Origin: Gammaproteobacteria bacterium
GTDB lineage: Bacteria; Pseudomonadota; Gammaproteobacteria; Pseudomonadales; Halieaceae
DNA: 36,130 nt
Assembly (NCBI GenBank): GCA_002748505.1
Contig: PDSN01000039.1
Location: 1-36,130 of the forward strand
Reading direction: 5' to 3'
Position 1 is the first letter of the stretch. Every line of letters starts with the position of its first letter. The notes below the pieces were generated by a model that was not told the DNA's origin, did no database searches, and saw only the letters and a list, made by a program, of their open reading frames with translations. Of the stretch, positions 35,514-36,130 are shown in pieces. The position numbers and the translations under genes are program-made.

Positions 35514-36130
35514 ATGAATGCTGACATCCATGCTCAGAAAATACTCATTCTGGATTTTGGTTCCCAATACACCCAGTTGATTGCACGGCGTGTGCGCGAG
35601 ACAGGGGTGTACAGCGAAATTCGCTCCTGGGATATCGACGAGGCCAGCATTCGCGACTTTGCGCCAAAAGGTATTATTCTCTCCGGTGGGCCTGAGTCAG
35701 TGCCCGAGGCCGGCTCGCCCCGCGCCCATGCCTGCGTGTTTGAGTTGGGCGTTCCGGTGCTGGGTATTTGCTACGGCATGCAAACCATGGCGGCACAGTT
35801 TGGCGGTGAGGTCGCCGCCTCGCCGACCAGTGAATTTGGTTATGCACAAATTCAGTTGGTAAAAGAAAACGCACTGCTGCACGATATTCGCGATCACGTG
35901 GATCACAGCGGCAATGCGCTGTTAGATGTGTGGATGAGTCACGGCGATAAGGTGAGCCGCGCGCCCGATGACTTCGAGGTTATCGCCGCCACCGACAGTT
36001 GCCCCATCGCCGCGATGGCGCACAAGGACAAGCCTTTTTACGGCATTCAGTTCCACCCGGAAGTCACCCACACCTTGCAGGGCGAGCGCATTATTGCCCA
36101 CTTCGTGCGCGAGATTTGCGCCTGTGAGGG
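35514..36130 (+). CDS. guaA: GMP synthase (glutamine-hydrolysing), 5' partial (runs off the window)
   Basis: Translated by hand from ATG 35514 (AAGGAA upstream): [29 protein letters not shown]...[14 protein letters not shown], a class I GATase with a Cys nucleophile. There is no stop before the window end, so it is absent from the ORF track. Confidence 0.9.
   Translation, partial: MNADIHAQKILILDFGSQYTQLIARRVRETGVYSEIRSWDIDEASIRDFAPKGIILSGGPESVPEAGSPRAHACVFELGVPVLGICYGMQTMAAQFGGEVAASPTSEFGYAQIQLVKENALLHDIRDHVDHSGNALLDVWMSHGDKVSRAPDDFEVIAATDSCPIAAMAHKDKPFYGIQFHPEVTHTLQGERIIAHFVREICACE

Noticed and set aside
1-36130. A search for mobile elements, a prophage, CRISPR arrays, tRNA/rRNA genes, toxin-antitoxin pairs or defence-system hallmarks (nucleases, helicases, methyltransferases, STAND/AAA ATPases).
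   Set aside because: None were recognised in any frame. The only dispersed repeat found is the short motif at 19390 and 32325. Absence is based on reading by eye, not on a search tool.

Overview
The window looks like a gammaproteobacterial chromosome segment; the taxon cannot be fixed from sequence alone. No rRNA, tRNA, CRISPR array, transposase or integrase was recognised.

**Layout, left to right:**
- **34-13770 (+):** the distal half of an exosortase A (XrtA)/PEP-CTERM-type exopolysaccharide locus. It holds wecB, a polysaccharide deacetylase, a FemAB-like protein, four GT4 glycosyltransferases, an XrtA-EpsI fusion, a Cys-nucleophile AsnB-type amidotransferase, a CapK/PaaK-like adenylating enzyme and a secreted beta-helix protein. 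Most junctions are start/stop overlaps.
- **13828-17302 (-):** a convergent pair made of a glutaminase-dead AsnB paralogue and a membrane-anchored FMN/[3Fe-4S] glutamate-synthase-like protein.
- **17430-22234 (+):** a small Cys-rich secreted protein, a Vibrio-type long purC, a 536-bp ORF-poor spacer, an outer-membrane beta-barrel protein and a periplasmic M20 amidohydrolase.
- **22247-24647 (+):** a tightly coupled triad directly upstream of prfB and lysS. It consists of a GT-A glycosyltransferase, a 2OG/Fe(II) oxygenase and a degenerate oxygenase paralogue. prfB carries the classic +1 frameshift.
- **27503-32223:** a signalling island with a lipoprotein, a HAMP histidine kinase, a stand-alone receiver, and an H-box/REC/class III cyclase. 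A CRP-family regulator lies divergent to the cyclase.
- **32374-36130:** the conserved xseA / guaB-guaA(partial) block.

**Most interesting hypotheses:**
- The cyclase has a Glu/Gly rather than Lys/Asp specificity pair, so the cyclase plus CRP-like pair may be a cGMP circuit fed by a His-Asp-His-Asp relay.
- The GT-A/oxygenase/pseudo-oxygenase triad next to the translation genes may be a hydroxylate-then-glycosylate module.
- The Cys-less AsnB paired with a GltS-FMN-like protein may form a split amidoligase system.

All functional calls rest on motif recognition by eye. No database search was run.
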